DNA of 64,000 nt from Coraliomargarita sp. GTDB lineage: Bacteria; Verrucomicrobiota; Verrucomicrobiia; Opitutales; Coraliomargaritaceae. Position numbers and translations under genes: made by a program. The stretch's first letter is position 1. The number at the start of each line of letters is the position of its first letter. The stretch is taken from the NCBI GenBank assembly GCA_965216325.1, contig OZ244160.1:2240001-2304000 (forward strand), in the 5' to 3' direction. Shown piece by piece: positions 1 to 15,214 of the stretch. Below the pieces are notes generated by a model. It was not told the origin of the DNA. It saw only the letters and a program-made list of their open reading frames with translations, and made no database searches.

Positions 1-316
1 CACCTTGATTCAGCAGTTCAATGCCCTTGCTGACATGGAAGTTGCCCATTTTTTCGCGAATTTCCGCTCGTTTTAGCAGCACCACGTCTGAGTAGGAGAC
101 TTCGTCGAACTCTTTCTTGTATTTATACACCAAGAAGAGGCCGCTGGAGAAAATGAGCCAGCTTGCGAGGCTGAGCGCTACGAAGGCTGCTGTGAGGCGC
201 CCCCAGCGCATCGAGATCTCGATGCGTCCGTCCGGTCGCTTCCTCTGTAGTGCGAATCCAAATAATACGGTTTTTTCTCTGGTGAATGGAGGGGTGCTTT
301 TGCCGCGACTTGTCAT
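1..316 (-). CDS. Partial membrane-anchored hypothetical protein (runs off the window start)
   Basis: Manual translation from ATG 316: MTSRGKSTPPF...RWGRLTAAFVALSLASWLIFSSGLFLVYKYKK...; open to base 1, one TM segment. Confidence 0.6.
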   Translation of the reverse strand, partial: MTSRGKSTPPFTREKTVLFGFALQRKRPDGRIEISMRWGRLTAAFVALSLASWLIFSSGLFLVYKYKKEFDEVSYSDVVLLKRAEIREKMGNFHVSKGIELLNQG

Positions 317-520
317 TGGGTCTGTGTAGATGGTTTGCTAATTATGTTGCGACTTGTTTTTGGCGATATTATTGATGAACGCCAAGCTCAAAGACTCCTT
401 TCATCTGCAGCTGGGGGGTGTTACGCTTGCGTCACGGAAATAGAATGAAAAATAGCATTGATATCCACGGAATCCCTCAGTACCAAAGAGTGTTTAAAAG
501 GGAAAATACCCACTAACGAA

Positions 521-1735
521 ATGACTACAGTATCTCGACTTCTCTTGGCGGCTGCCCCATGCCTGATGTTTACCCCAACTCTGGTTCATGCATCGCCATT
601 GGTTTCTATTGGGGATAACGCGGATTTATTTTTCAACGGTTCCAGTAGTGTGCGCTGGACGTCCAATTTGTTCCGAGACGAACGCGACGAGGAGGAGGAT
701 ATTGTCTACACCTTCCGCCCGGGAGTTGAGCTGAATATCGGTCGTGGTTTGAGCACGACTGATTTTAGCATCATTACGAGTTACGAGGTGCGCCGCTACG
801 ACGACAATACCGATTTGGACACGGAGCTGTTTCACATTGCCGGCTTTGGTAGCTATAAGGGGAGTCGTCTCGATTTGAGCGGGCGTGCTTCGTTTGATGA
901 GCGCCAGACGACTTCGGGTGATGCGAATCGGACGGGTGATTTGATCGAGTCGGAAGTGTCTGCGGGGAGTTTAAATGGCGAGTATCGCTTCTCGCCTAAA
1001 TTCAGCTTCGGTTCCGGGGTTAGCTACAGTCAAACTGAGTACCAGAACTTTCAGGAGAGTTTTAGTGATAAGGAGTCGTTTTCTGTTCCTGTTGATTTGT
1101 TTTACGAGTTGACGCCCAAGGTGGATCTGAGTGTGGGCTACGTGTATCGGAATCTGGATGATGACGGGCGCGTAGACTCAAGTGGCAATGTTTTTGATAG
1201 CTATGACTACGATTCGCACTTTTTCAATGTCGGTGCGCGCGGTCAGTTATTGCCGAAGTTGAGCGGCTTCTTTAAGGTAGGGTATCGCTATCGCGATTCC
1301 TATGACCGTGATGCATTGATAGATGGTGGTGTGACTCCTAAGGATCTTGGTCAGGACTCCAGTGGCATGTTGGGTGTGGATGCGGATTTGACTTGGGCGA
1401 TTTCGCCGAAATTGACGTCTACTATTGGTCTTTCGCGTGATTTTGGTGCTTCGGGGGAGGGGCAGTCGACGGAGAATACTTCGGTGAATGTTTCTGCAAG
1501 CTACTCAATCAGCCCTTATTGGTCGGCGAGTTCTTATGCTCGTTACACCTTGCGTGAGTATGACGTTTCGAATCGCGAAGATGATCAGTATGCCTTGGGC
1601 TTGCGTGCAAACTATACGCCCAACCGTTACTGGCGCTTCAGTGGTGGTTATCGCTATGACGAGAATGATTCTGACGCGACAAACCAAAGCTACGAGCAGC
1701 ACAATTTTGACATTACCGCGACTCTGCGCTACTAA
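521..1735 (+). CDS. Outer-membrane beta-barrel protein associated with polysaccharide export
   Basis: Signal peptide from ATG 521, alternating beta-strand pattern, C-terminal aromatic (TATLRY), directly upstream of wza/wzc. Confidence 0.75.
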   Translation: MTTVSRLLLAAAPCLMFTPTLVHASPLVSIGDNADLFFNGSSSVRWTSNLFRDERDEEEDIVYTFRPGVELNIGRGLSTTDFSIITSYEVRRYDDNTDLDTELFHIAGFGSYKGSRLDLSGRASFDERQTTSGDANRTGDLIESEVSAGSLNGEYRFSPKFSFGSGVSYSQTEYQNFQESFSDKESFSVPVDLFYELTPKVDLSVGYVYRNLDDDGRVDSSGNVFDSYDYDSHFFNVGARGQLLPKLSGFFKVGYRYRDSYDRDALIDGGVTPKDLGQDSSGMLGVDADLTWAISPKLTSTIGLSRDFGASGEGQSTENTSVNVSASYSISPYWSASSYARYTLREYDVSNREDDQYALGLRANYTPNRYWRFSGGYRYDENDSDATNQSYEQHNFDITATLRY

Positions 1736-1800
1736 CTCAATGATAACAAAATCCCTTTGTTTGGGTCGGAAATGCCTCTAGATGGGGCATTTTTTAGTTT

Positions 1801-2454
1801 ATGAAAGCATTTAGCTATACCCTGTTTTTACTACTGACTTTCTGTGTGGCAGCATTTGCGCAGGATACTGCCTCTAGTGACTCCGGCTCTGCGTCGCGCT
1901 TGAGCTCGACATCGTCTGTTTCGATGGGTGTTGGGGTCGGCTTGGCTGTGGGGTCTAATTATGTCCTGAAGGCCTCGGATGTCATCGATGTGTCGGTTTA
2001 TCAGGAGGACGACCTGTCGAAGCAGGCTCGAATTGAGGGGGATGGCACGGTATCGCTAGCGTTGATCGGCAAGGTTAAAGTTGCGGGGATGACGGTGGCG
2101 GAGTCTCAGTCTTTAATTACGGATTTGTATAATCGTGATTATATTGTAGATCCGCAGGTCTCGGTCTTGGTGGTTTCGTTCTCACCAAAATTTGTGCGCG
2201 TGCTGGGGCATGTTGGCTCGCCCGGGCAAGTTCAGATCCCGCCGGATCAAGATCTAACGCTGATTGATGCAATTACGCAGTGTCGAGGTGTCACGCGCTT
2301 GGGGAATGATAAGAATATTACGATTTCCAGAGTCCGGGAAGATGGGCGGACGCAGTCATTTGAGGTCAACTTTAAGAAGATCAAGTTGGGAGAGGCAAAA
2401 GACTATGTTCTCCAAGAGGGGGACACGATTTATGTGCCTGAGCGTGTCATTTAA
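1801..2454 (+). CDS. wza: Polysaccharide export protein (short OPX/Wza family)
   Basis: PES motif (YVLKASDVIDVSVYQE...DGTVSLALIGKVKVAGMT) plus SLBB domain (LQEGDTIYVP). Confidence 0.85.
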   Translation: MKAFSYTLFLLLTFCVAAFAQDTASSDSGSASRLSSTSSVSMGVGVGLAVGSNYVLKASDVIDVSVYQEDDLSKQARIEGDGTVSLALIGKVKVAGMTVAESQSLITDLYNRDYIVDPQVSVLVVSFSPKFVRVLGHVGSPGQVQIPPDQDLTLIDAITQCRGVTRLGNDKNITISRVREDGRTQSFEVNFKKIKLGEAKDYVLQEGDTIYVPERVI

Positions 2455-2474
2455 TTGTATAAGATTTTGAGAGA

Positions 2475-4742
2475 ATGAAGAACGACTATATTCGCGGTGG
2501 GCCTGATCCGAGTTCTGGTGGTTATGGCTATGGTTATGGTGCCGGTGGCTACAGCTATGGTGGGGGTAATTATGGTTATGGTAGTTATGGGGGCGGTGGC
2601 TATGAACAGGGCCCCCAGCGCTCCTTGAAGGATTACATGTTGATCTTTCGTGAGCGTATCTGGTGGTTGATTGTTGCGTTCTTCATTATTTTTTCAGGTG
2701 CGATCCTGTATACGTTTAATAAAACAAAGGTGTATACGGCTGCGGCGCAGGTGCGCATGTTGCGTGATGACCCGACTCCGATCGCGGAGAACCAGGGCTT
2801 GTCGGATGAGAATATTATCCGTGGTGCTGAGGATTTGAATACGCAAATCAGTCTTCTCGAGAGTCTTAAGGTAATTAAGGGGGTCGAGCAGCGTCTGTCT
2901 GAGGATGAGCTGAAGAAGTTTATGCTTCCTTATGAGGGGGGCTATACCGGGGCGCTGACTCCTTCTGAAATCCTAATCCGGAATCGTAAGATTATTCCGC
3001 GCCGCATGAGTCTGATGATTAATGTGGCTTATTCGCATCCGGATCCTGATTTGGCTGCCCGGGTTGCTAATTTATTTGCGGAAGAGTTTATTAATTTCAA
3101 TGTCTCTCAGAATATTGATTCGGGAATGGGCGCCGTTGAGGGCTTGCGCATTAAGGTTGATCAGCAGAAAGAGCGCGTTGAAGAGTTGGAGCTCAAGCTT
3201 GCTGAATATCGTGAGCGACATGATGCGGTATCTTTGAGTGCGGACGAGGACATTGATCGTGAGCAGCTTGCAAGTTTGAATGCGATTAAGACTGGAGCTA
3301 AGAACACATTCGACCTGATCGAGACGAAGTGGAATCTGGTCGAGACGTTTAAGCGTGAAGGTCGTGACTTGTGGGAGTTGTCTTTTGTAGCCGAGCAGGC
3401 GCAGGTCGCCTCTTTGCTGGAGCGAATTTCGAGTACTAAGATCAATATTTCTGCGCTGAGCAAGCGTTACCGGGAAAAGCATCCTACGATGATTCAGCAG
3501 CTACAGACCTTGCAGGAGTCTGAGGTTGAACTCGCGGCTGCCGTTGAGAATTCGGTGAACAAGTTGGAGGCTTCTTTTGTTGAGGCAAAGAGTAATTTTG
3601 AGTTAGCCAGTAAACGACTTGCTGAAAAGTCTTCTGAGCTGATTGAGTTAAGTAAAACGCGTATTGAATACAACACTCTGCTGCGTGAGCTTGCGGTGGA
3701 GCAGGAGTCCCTGCAGCTCTGGGAGAGTAACATGATTCAGAAGAAGGCTGCGATTGGCCTGACTGAAGCCAGTGCACGTATCGTCGACCAGGCGTTTCCT
3801 CCCATTAAGCATTCGTCGCCAAATATTATTATGAACTTATTGGCGGGTGCCTTCGCCGGTCTCGCGGTGGGTGGCGGTTTGGTCTTTCTGGTGGCTTTCT
3901 TGGATGACCGTGTTAAGAGTGCCTTTGACGTTGAGGGCACGATTGGCTTGCCGCTGCTAGGTGTAATTCCTCGGATTAAGAAGCTGGACTCCAGTTCGAA
4001 GGCGCAGGCCGTGGCCTCGAATGTTGACCGTCACGTGACTGAGACGTTCCGATCGATTCATTCCTCAATGAAGCTGAATGATGAGAGTAAGAATGCAAAG
4101 ATCATTGTTTCTACCAGCACGGTGCCAGGTGAGGGGAAGTCTTTTGTTAGCTCTAATCTTGCGCTGACTTTCTCGAACCACGGTGAAAAGACTCTGCTCT
4201 TGGATGGTGACCTTCGTTTGTCGAATGTTGCTGCATCGTTGCAGTTGGAGAATGAGATTGGCGTGCTTGATCATGTTGAGAAGGCCAAGGATCTCGACGA
4301 TGTTATCATGAAGGAGGTTTATCCGAACCTCGACGTCATGCCTTCTGGTGGTAAATCCAAGAATCCGACTCAGGTTTTGGCTAGTGCTAAGTTTGAGGCC
4401 ATGTTGGCTGATTTACGCGACCGCTATGATCGTATCGTGATCGACTCACCGCCGCTTGCTGCGGTGAGTGACGCGCTCAATTTGCTGCCATATGTCGATG
4501 GTGTGGTTTACGTGATCAAGTTCAATACGGTGAAGCGTAAGGCTGCAGTTGCCAATGTTCGCCGCCTCTGGGAGGCGAATACACCTGTCTTTGGTGCAAT
4601 CTTGAACAATATCACTACATCGCTTTCTAGCTACTACTACTCGCAATACTCCGATAAGGCATATCAGGATTACTATATCCGCCAAGAGGAAGAGCTTGAG
4701 GAGGAGTTGGCAGGCTCAGCTGAGCCTGAAGTTCGCGCGTAG
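2475..4742 (+). CDS. wzc: Polysaccharide co-polymerase / BY-kinase
   Basis: Two TM segments flanking coiled coils; Walker A GEGKS, A' LLLDGD, B IVIDSPP; C-terminal Tyr cluster. Confidence 0.9.
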   Translation: MKNDYIRGGPDPSSGGYGYGYGAGGYSYGGGNYGYGSYGGGGYEQGPQRSLKDYMLIFRERIWWLIVAFFIIFSGAILYTFNKTKVYTAAAQVRMLRDDPTPIAENQGLSDENIIRGAEDLNTQISLLESLKVIKGVEQRLSEDELKKFMLPYEGGYTGALTPSEILIRNRKIIPRRMSLMINVAYSHPDPDLAARVANLFAEEFINFNVSQNIDSGMGAVEGLRIKVDQQKERVEELELKLAEYRERHDAVSLSADEDIDREQLASLNAIKTGAKNTFDLIETKWNLVETFKREGRDLWELSFVAEQAQVASLLERISSTKINISALSKRYREKHPTMIQQLQTLQESEVELAAAVENSVNKLEASFVEAKSNFELASKRLAEKSSELIELSKTRIEYNTLLRELAVEQESLQLWESNMIQKKAAIGLTEASARIVDQAFPPIKHSSPNIIMNLLAGAFAGLAVGGGLVFLVAFLDDRVKSAFDVEGTIGLPLLGVIPRIKKLDSSSKAQAVASNVDRHVTETFRSIHSSMKLNDESKNAKIIVSTSTVPGEGKSFVSSNLALTFSNHGEKTLLLDGDLRLSNVAASLQLENEIGVLDHVEKAKDLDDVIMKEVYPNLDVMPSGGKSKNPTQVLASAKFEAMLADLRDRYDRIVIDSPPLAAVSDALNLLPYVDGVVYVIKFNTVKRKAAVANVRRLWEANTPVFGAILNNITTSLSSYYYSQYSDKAYQDYYIRQEEELEEELAGSAEPEVRA

Positions 4743-4847
4743 GATAATTTTATAAAATATTCGATCGAATGCTTGACAGCTAAGTTTCGAATAGCAGGAT
4801 ACGCGCTTCCTCTTCGTCACCAGGCGTCGAGTTACAGTTTAAATTCT

Positions 4848-4920
<73 letters not shown>

Positions 4921-4926
4921 GAAACC

Positions 4927-5039
<113 letters not shown>

Positions 5040-5082
5040 AGTGTGAATTGAATCTGCTGTGGAAACTCGCCGTTTTGCAGCA

Positions 5083-5637
5083 CTAGCTCTCGTCTGTACT
5101 TTTATTGGGGCGCTCGCGACTACCCTTGGGCCCTTTGCCATTCTTGTCTCCTTGCTGTGGGCCTTTGGGGCGCGGAGGTATGATGCCAGACTCTTTCATG
5201 AATTCATGGCGTTCTTCGGGAGGTAGGCTGCGAAGTTTCTCTCTAAGGGCGCGGCGCTCTTCAGGGCTCATGTTTTGCCAGCGCTGGCGCATCTCATCTC
5301 GCTTTTCCTTGGGTATTGCTTCGAAGCGCTCGCGCATGGCGTCGACCTCCTCTCTTGGCATTTTGTTGAGTGCCTTAAGGCGCTGCTTCATTGCTGTTTT
5401 CTCCTCGGGGCTCATTCCTTGGATGCGCTCAATAGTGGTTCTCAGTTCGCTCAATTGGGCGTCATCCATTTCCAGTAGGTGCTGCAGCATACGTGATTGG
5501 TTGTTGCCGCCCTTGCCTGTGGGGGCTTTGCGCTCGATTCCTTGCCGCACTGTGTCGCTACCACTGACTTGGGCAAATCCAGATAGGCTAAGTAGTAGGC
5601 TTAGCGCCACTAGGCTGGCTGTTTTCAGGTATTTCAT
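5083..5637 (-). CDS. Periplasmic helical-repeat protein (DUF3106/Spy-like)
   Basis: Signal peptide, repeated (M/L)(S/P)PEE(R/K) motifs, third gene of the ECF operon. Confidence 0.65.
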   Translation of the reverse strand: MKYLKTASLVALSLLLSLSGFAQVSGSDTVRQGIERKAPTGKGGNNQSRMLQHLLEMDDAQLSELRTTIERIQGMSPEEKTAMKQRLKALNKMPREEVDAMRERFEAIPKEKRDEMRQRWQNMSPEERRALREKLRSLPPEERHEFMKESGIIPPRPKGPQQGDKNGKGPKGSRERPNKSTDES

Positions 5638-6086
5638 GATTGGATTTCGTAAAGCAGTGCGTCAAAGGTCGCGAGCAGTTCGCCGTTCCCGAGTTCGGTG
5701 GTTTCATCGGCTAGTGCTAGGCTTGTTAAGCTGTCCTCGATGAGAAAGATCTCTTGGGCATCAATTTCATTAACGGTGGCTGGCGCGATGTCATTTTCGC
5801 TGGCCTGGGAGATGGTCGTTGCCTTGGTAAAGCCTGCGTCTGGTTGGGTGGTCTCTTGCCTGAGTATAGTTGCTGACACCAGGGCGATGGCAATTGCCGC
5901 GGCGAGTGAGAGCGCGAAGCGAAGCACGTTTGAGCGTTCACTCTTTTCATTTGATGGACTCGGGGTCTCCTTCTCGCATGCTTCGAGCACGTGGCGGGCA
6001 AAGTCATCGCTCGGCTGGAGGGGGCGAGCCTTTAGTAATGCGTCGATCTGTTGATCTAGTGGATCGCGTGGGTCGGTGGTTTTCAT
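5634..6086 (-). CDS. Putative single-TM anti-sigma factor
   Basis: Directly after the ECF sigma; PSDDFARHVL motif followed by a TM helix. Confidence 0.6.
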   Translation of the reverse strand: MKTTDPRDPLDQQIDALLKARPLQPSDDFARHVLEACEKETPSPSNEKSERSNVLRFALSLAAAIAIALVSATILRQETTQPDAGFTKATTISQASENDIAPATVNEIDAQEIFLIEDSLTSLALADETTELGNGELLATFDALLYEIQS

Positions 6087-6104
6087 TGGTGGTGTTTGGC
6101 AAGT

Positions 6105-6749
6105 CTATGCTTGGTGGAAGTCTTTCAGTTCGTTGCGCAGATGGGTGCGTGCGCGGTGGATCCAAGTTTTAACTGCGCTGAGGCTGGCGCCCAGGGCTTC
6201 GGCAATTTCATCGTAGCTGAGGCCCTGTTGCTGGAGCATGAGAATTGCGTCGCGCTGATTGTCTGGCAGTGTGGCAAGCGCGCGGTGAAAGGCTTCTTCG
6301 ATTTCTCTCGTATGGTTGCTTTCCTCGGCCTGCTGTTGCATGACAAAGTCGGTTGGGTCGATGAAGTCGAGTGGTCGGCGGGAGCTTTTGCGGTAGCTGT
6401 CGATGAGTCGTCGGCGTGCGACCGTAAATATGTAGGCGTTGAAGGTGCCTCGAGCTTGGTAGCGCCCGGCTGCTCGGTAGAGTTCTAGGAAGGTTTCTTG
6501 GGCGAGATCCTCTGCGTCGGCTCGGTTACCGACAGATCGATAGAAGAAGTTGATTAGGCGTGCCTGCCAGCGCTCGACGATGCTCGCGAAGGCGCTGCGG
6601 TCGCCGGCCGCGATCGCTCTTAGGCAAGCGCTATCAATGTCTTCTACGTTTGTAATTGAGGGTGCCGGAGTGGTCGCTGTCATGCCGGGGCGTGCTTCAG
6701 TGGATGTGTTCCATTGAAAGGCTGCTGATGTGGTCGAGTCTGCATTCAT
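6105..6749 (-). CDS. ECF RNA polymerase sigma factor
   Basis: Region 2 DAEDLAQETFL; region 4 GLSYDEIAEALGASLSAVKTWIHRAR. Confidence 0.9.
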   Translation of the reverse strand: MNADSTTSAAFQWNTSTEARPGMTATTPAPSITNVEDIDSACLRAIAAGDRSAFASIVERWQARLINFFYRSVGNRADAEDLAQETFLELYRAAGRYQARGTFNAYIFTVARRRLIDSYRKSSRRPLDFIDPTDFVMQQQAEESNHTREIEEAFHRALATLPDNQRDAILMLQQQGLSYDEIAEALGASLSAVKTWIHRARTHLRNELKDFHQA

Positions 6750-6909
6750 TTTGTGTAGATGAAATCGACATTTGGCAAAGAAAGTTGCGGAAAATGTTGG
6801 TTTTCAACGAGTCGGTTGTAGCGCTTCGATTTTTTACAAAAAATGTTTCTCGTTTGCGTTATTTGGCCTGAAAGTTGTTCACAGTTGATTGTGAGTAACT
6901 TGTGTATAA

Positions 6910-6956
6910 TTACTAGATATAGTGGTTGGGGTGGTTATTTTTACGATATATTGTGT
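6910..6956 (+). promoter_or_regulatory. Tandem NrdR boxes
   Basis: ttaCtAgATaTaGtgg (6910-6925) and ttaCgAtATaTtGtgt (6941-6956) match acaCwAtATaTwGtgt, 31 bp apart, upstream of nrdB. Confidence 0.8.
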
Positions 6957-7133
6957 TCTCCTGTTGACACTACGGTATTTTCTGAGCAACCTTCGCAACC
7001 ACTACCAAGCGTTCTGTTGACCCTCTGAAGTAAGCTATCTGCCTGTTTTTCAAGGTCTTCTTGGGCTCTGCGTCCAAGGGAGTGCTCAAATTTTAAACAC
7101 CACGACACCCATCAACCAAACTTAACGACCACT

Positions 7134-8216
<1,083 letters not shown>

Positions 8217-8324
8217 GCCGGGTTCTAAACACTTTCCAAGTTGCGGACCGTCTACCACCGCAACTTGTGCTGACTGCCCCCTCCGCATCGAAAACAACAA
8301 AACTCTACCAGAAACAACTAACTA

Positions 8325-11567
<3,243 letters not shown>

Positions 11568-11713
11568 GAATGAGGGCTGAAAGCTGAAACTTGAAACCTG
11601 AGTGGTAAAACTTACTCAGCTTTCAAACTCAAGTCTCCGCCTTCTCTGTGATAACTCTCCTTAGTGTTTAGTGCCGCGTGTGTTGAGCGCGGGATTAATA
11701 AACAACAACTACA

Positions 11714-11747
11714 GAGGCCGCCTCCGATTTTTTGGGGGCGGTCTTTT
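11714..11747 (+). terminator. Intrinsic terminator after nrdA
   Basis: gaggccgcctcc...gggggcggtctttt. Confidence 0.65.
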
Positions 11748-11750
11748 CGT

Positions 11751-11829
11751 GTAGGGGCGCGACTTGACGCGCCCGTTTCAGGTTGAGGGGTCCTGTTTTT
11801 GGACGGGCGTGCGAAACGCTCGCCCCTAC
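11751..11829. repeat. GTAG-type REP doublet (REPIN-like)
   Basis: GTAGGGGCG...CGCCCCTAC inverted pair; family members across the window. Confidence 0.75.
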
Positions 11830-11871
11830 AATATTGCGTTTCTTAAATCCTGTGGTCTTCTTTAGCCAGCG

Positions 11872-12720
11872 ATGAATCCCGTTGATATCCGTATTCTGTA
11901 TCAAGACGTTGATGGCTGTCTAAATCCCGAAGATGGCGAGCCGTTTGGTGTCGAACTTGACTGGCGGCCATCCGCAACACAGATCGCGATGTTGAACAAA
12001 CTGAGTGCTGCAGTCGATGCGTCTCCACTGCAGCATTGGGTGATTAATACCGGCCGACACTGGGACATGTTTCACTACCTTGCTGAGCATTTGAAGACTC
12101 CCAAATTGCGCTACTTCCTGCTGGAGCATGCCTGTGTCCTCTATGATCGAGAGGCCGGGGCATATGTTGATATTGAGGCGATTTTGAAGGACGCGGGTCT
12201 GGTCAGTTTATCGAAGCGCTATGAGAAACTACATACCATTGAGGCTTTGCTTGATTGGTATGACACTGTTGGGCGGCCTAAGTTGGAGGAGCAGTTTAAG
12301 GTCGAACTGCCGCGACTGAACAAAAAGGCAAATTTGAGTTTTGCGGTTCCTGATGGGGTCGATGGCGATGACTTGTTAAGTGCAACCGAAGCTGAAATCC
12401 GTAGTGATTTCTCGGATACAGAATGTGCCTGCATTGAGTTCTTCCGCTCGGATCGCTTTATTGATATCATTCCCGGTATCCATAAGCTGGACGGGATTGA
12501 GTTGATGAGCGCGTATCTACGCATGCAGAAGGAGCAGTCGCTCGCGATGGGCGATTTTCTAAACGACCTTCCAGTGTTTGAAGCTTTTCCGAATGTGCTC
12601 TGCCCTGCGAATGCGCACCCGCGCATTATCGAGCTGACGAAGTCGAAAGGCGCTGGTGGCATTGCTTCTGAGCGTGCTTTTGGGGGGGCGTTGCTGGAGT
12701 TTCTAAGTGCTCAACCGTAG
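11872..12720 (+). CDS. HAD-superfamily hydrolase
   Basis: DVDGCL, NTGR, K, GDFLND motifs. Confidence 0.8.
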   Translation: MNPVDIRILYQDVDGCLNPEDGEPFGVELDWRPSATQIAMLNKLSAAVDASPLQHWVINTGRHWDMFHYLAEHLKTPKLRYFLLEHACVLYDREAGAYVDIEAILKDAGLVSLSKRYEKLHTIEALLDWYDTVGRPKLEEQFKVELPRLNKKANLSFAVPDGVDGDDLLSATEAEIRSDFSDTECACIEFFRSDRFIDIIPGIHKLDGIELMSAYLRMQKEQSLAMGDFLNDLPVFEAFPNVLCPANAHPRIIELTKSKGAGGIASERAFGGALLEFLSAQP

Positions 12721-12793
12721 GGGCGTGCCTTGGCGCGCCCGCCAGAATGGTAAGTCGCAGTCAATCTGCGGGCGTCGCAAGCGACGCCCCTAC
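12717..12793. repeat. GTAG-type REP doublet
   Basis: GTAGGGGCG...CGCCCCTAC between convergent genes; supplies the TAG stop of the HAD gene. Confidence 0.75.
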
Positions 12794-12796
12794 AAC

Positions 12797-14071
12797 TTAC
12801 GCCTTAATCTGACCCTCGCCGTGGATGACGTATTTGTAGGTGCAGAGCTCGTTGAGGCCCATTGGGCCGCGAGCATGCAGGCGATCCGTTGAAATGCCGA
12901 TCTCGGCGCCGAGGCCGAACTCAAAGCCATCGGAGAAGCGTGTGGTCGCATTGTGAAAGACGGCTGCTGAATCGACGGCAGTCAAAAACTGCTGCGCGGT
13001 TGCCGCATCTTCGGTGACGATGCTTTCTGTGTGGCCGGAACTGTTGGCGTTGATCAAGTCGATGGCCGCCTTTGCGTCGGGTACGACGGCGATGGAGATG
13101 ATCAGATCGGTGTATTCCGTTGCGAAATCTTCGGCCGTTGCATCGACTAGTGGCAGCCCAGTGCCGGTGAGCAGAGCCTTAGCGTGCTCATCGACGCGCA
13201 ACTCGACGCCCTTGTCGTGCAGTGCTTTGGCTAGGCGTGGCAATTGCTCGGCGGCGTCTTGATGAACGATCAGGTTTTCTGCGGCGTTGCACACGCTTGG
13301 GCGCTGGCACTTGGAATTGATGAGGATCGATTCCGCCATGTCAGGATTGGCCTTGGCGTCAATATACACCGAGCAAACACCGGTGTAGTGTTTGATGACA
13401 GGGATACGGCTGTTCTCGACCGTAAAGCGGATCAAGCTCTCGCCTCCACGGGGAATGATGCAGTGGATGGTGTCGTCTTGCTTGAGCAGAACATTAAGCG
13501 CCCAGCGGTCAGTCGTTGGGATGAACTGCACCGCGTCTTCATGAATGCCGGACTCGCGCAGTGCAGCTTGAATAATCTCGGCGAGCTTCATGTTGGAGTG
13601 GAAGGCTTCCTTGCCGCCACGTAGAATCGAGGCGTTGCCGGACTTTAGACACAGCACGGCGCAGTCCACGGTCACATTTGGGCGGGACTCGTAGATGATG
13701 CCGATCACGCCCATCGGCACACGGATCTTGCGTAGGTCAAAGCCGCGGGGTGGACTCAGGCGCTCGATCTCTTCGCCGACAGGGTCGGGCAGGGCAGCAA
13801 CTTGGCGAACGCCCTCAGCCATGGATTCAATGCGCTCGGGCGTGAAGGTGAGGCGCTCGGTCATTGGGCCGGACAGTTCCATTGCCTTGGCTGCTTCAAG
13901 ATCGAGCGCGTTGGCTTCGAGGATCGCGTCGGTGCCTGCGACCAGTTGATCCGCGAGTAAGTTGAGGAACTGGTTCTTGGTTTCGGTCGACAGGGTTGCG
14001 AGCTCCAGCGATGCGGCACGCGCACGCTGGGCGATATCGACGACGAGTTCTGAGATTTGATCGGTGTTCAC
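12797..14071 (-). CDS. proA: Gamma-glutamyl phosphate reductase
   Basis: [36 protein letters not shown]. Confidence 0.95.
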   Translation of the reverse strand: MNTDQISELVVDIAQRARAASLELATLSTETKNQFLNLLADQLVAGTDAILEANALDLEAAKAMELSGPMTERLTFTPERIESMAEGVRQVAALPDPVGEEIERLSPPRGFDLRKIRVPMGVIGIIYESRPNVTVDCAVLCLKSGNASILRGGKEAFHSNMKLAEIIQAALRESGIHEDAVQFIPTTDRWALNVLLKQDDTIHCIIPRGGESLIRFTVENSRIPVIKHYTGVCSVYIDAKANPDMAESILINSKCQRPSVCNAAENLIVHQDAAEQLPRLAKALHDKGVELRVDEHAKALLTGTGLPLVDATAEDFATEYTDLIISIAVVPDAKAAIDLINANSSGHTESIVTEDAATAQQFLTAVDSAAVFHNATTRFSDGFEFGLGAEIGISTDRLHARGPMGLNELCTYKYVIHGEGQIKA

Positions 14072-14147
14072 TGTAAGTGTTGAGTGAGAGTGAATGTGAG
14101 AGTGGGAACGTGATTTGCAGGCCAGACAGCAGTCTGGCGATCCTAAG

Positions 14148-15128
14148 CTAGAGTTGTTGGAGGATGTCGGACCAGGTTTGTTCTGATATCAGGCTGCCTT
14201 GCACTTGTACGACCGCTGCGCCGAGAATGGAGCCGAGCTTCGCACACTCGGCGAGTGGGCGCTGTTGTGACCAGCCATAGAGAAAGCCCGCTGCCCAGAA
14301 ATCGCCGGCGGCTGTGGTGTCGACGACGTTTTGGGCGAGCACAGGATCGACTTTCTCGACTTTGTTGGCCTGTGCCACGTGGGAGCCACGCGGACCGATT
14401 TTAACGGCGGCGATGTCGCAGAAATCTGCGAGTTGGAGTGCCATGGCTGCGTAATCGTCGCCAAGGCCCGTAAAGGCATCCGCCTCTTCTTCGTTGGCGA
14501 AGACGATGTCGACATAGTCGCGCAGAATTTCGGTGAGGATCGGCTTGGTTGCATTGACGACTTCGAAGGAGGCGAGGTCGAGGCTGATGGTGCAGCCAGC
14601 TTGTTTGGCGGCGTCAAGCACCGCGCGCATGAGTGCCTCATTGAAGAGGAGATAGCCTTCGATGTGCGCGTGGGAACAGCCTGCGAAATCGGCAGCGCTG
14701 ATCTCTTCTGGAGTGAGGGTCATCGCAGCGCCGAGATCGGTGCGCAGGGTGCGTTCGCTATCGGGCGTCACCAGTGAGAGGCAGCGACCATTGGCAATGT
14801 CGCCGATCTTGAAGCGGGAACTGTCGCCGCCGAGCTCAGTGAAGCGGTCACGGTAGTAGCTGCCGTTCTCGCAGTTGCCGGTCTTGCCAATGAAGGCTGT
14901 ATTGGCACCCAGTTTTGCGAGCGCGAAGAGTGTATTTCCAGCGGAGCCTCCGGGCGCCTTGATCGCCTGAGTTGGAATTTGGGCGAGTAGGCCGTCGATG
15001 GTTGTCGTGTCGACGAGGACCATGCCACCCTTGTCGCCGTCGACTTGATCGAGGAAGGCGTCGTCAATTTGTGCGATGGCGTCGACGATTGGGCTGCCGA
15101 CTCCGATGAGTTTGAAATCTGTTGTCAT
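14148..15128 (-). CDS. PfkB/adenosine kinase family sugar or nucleoside kinase
   Basis: PGGSAGN, ANEEE, DTTAAGD; probable start MTTDFK at 15128. Confidence 0.85.
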   Translation of the reverse strand: MTTDFKLIGVGSPIVDAIAQIDDAFLDQVDGDKGGMVLVDTTTIDGLLAQIPTQAIKAPGGSAGNTLFALAKLGANTAFIGKTGNCENGSYYRDRFTELGGDSSRFKIGDIANGRCLSLVTPDSERTLRTDLGAAMTLTPEEISAADFAGCSHAHIEGYLLFNEALMRAVLDAAKQAGCTISLDLASFEVVNATKPILTEILRDYVDIVFANEEEADAFTGLGDDYAAMALQLADFCDIAAVKIGPRGSHVAQANKVEKVDPVLAQNVVDTTAAGDFWAAGFLYGWSQQRPLAECAKLGSILGAAVVQVQGSLISEQTWSDILQQL

Positions 15129-15214
15129 TCGAAAAGTTGATTGGATGCAGGAGGAGCAAATACAAAAAAACCGCCAATCCAAGAGGAAAGGCGGCTTTGA
15201 GAAAGCTTTGCAGC

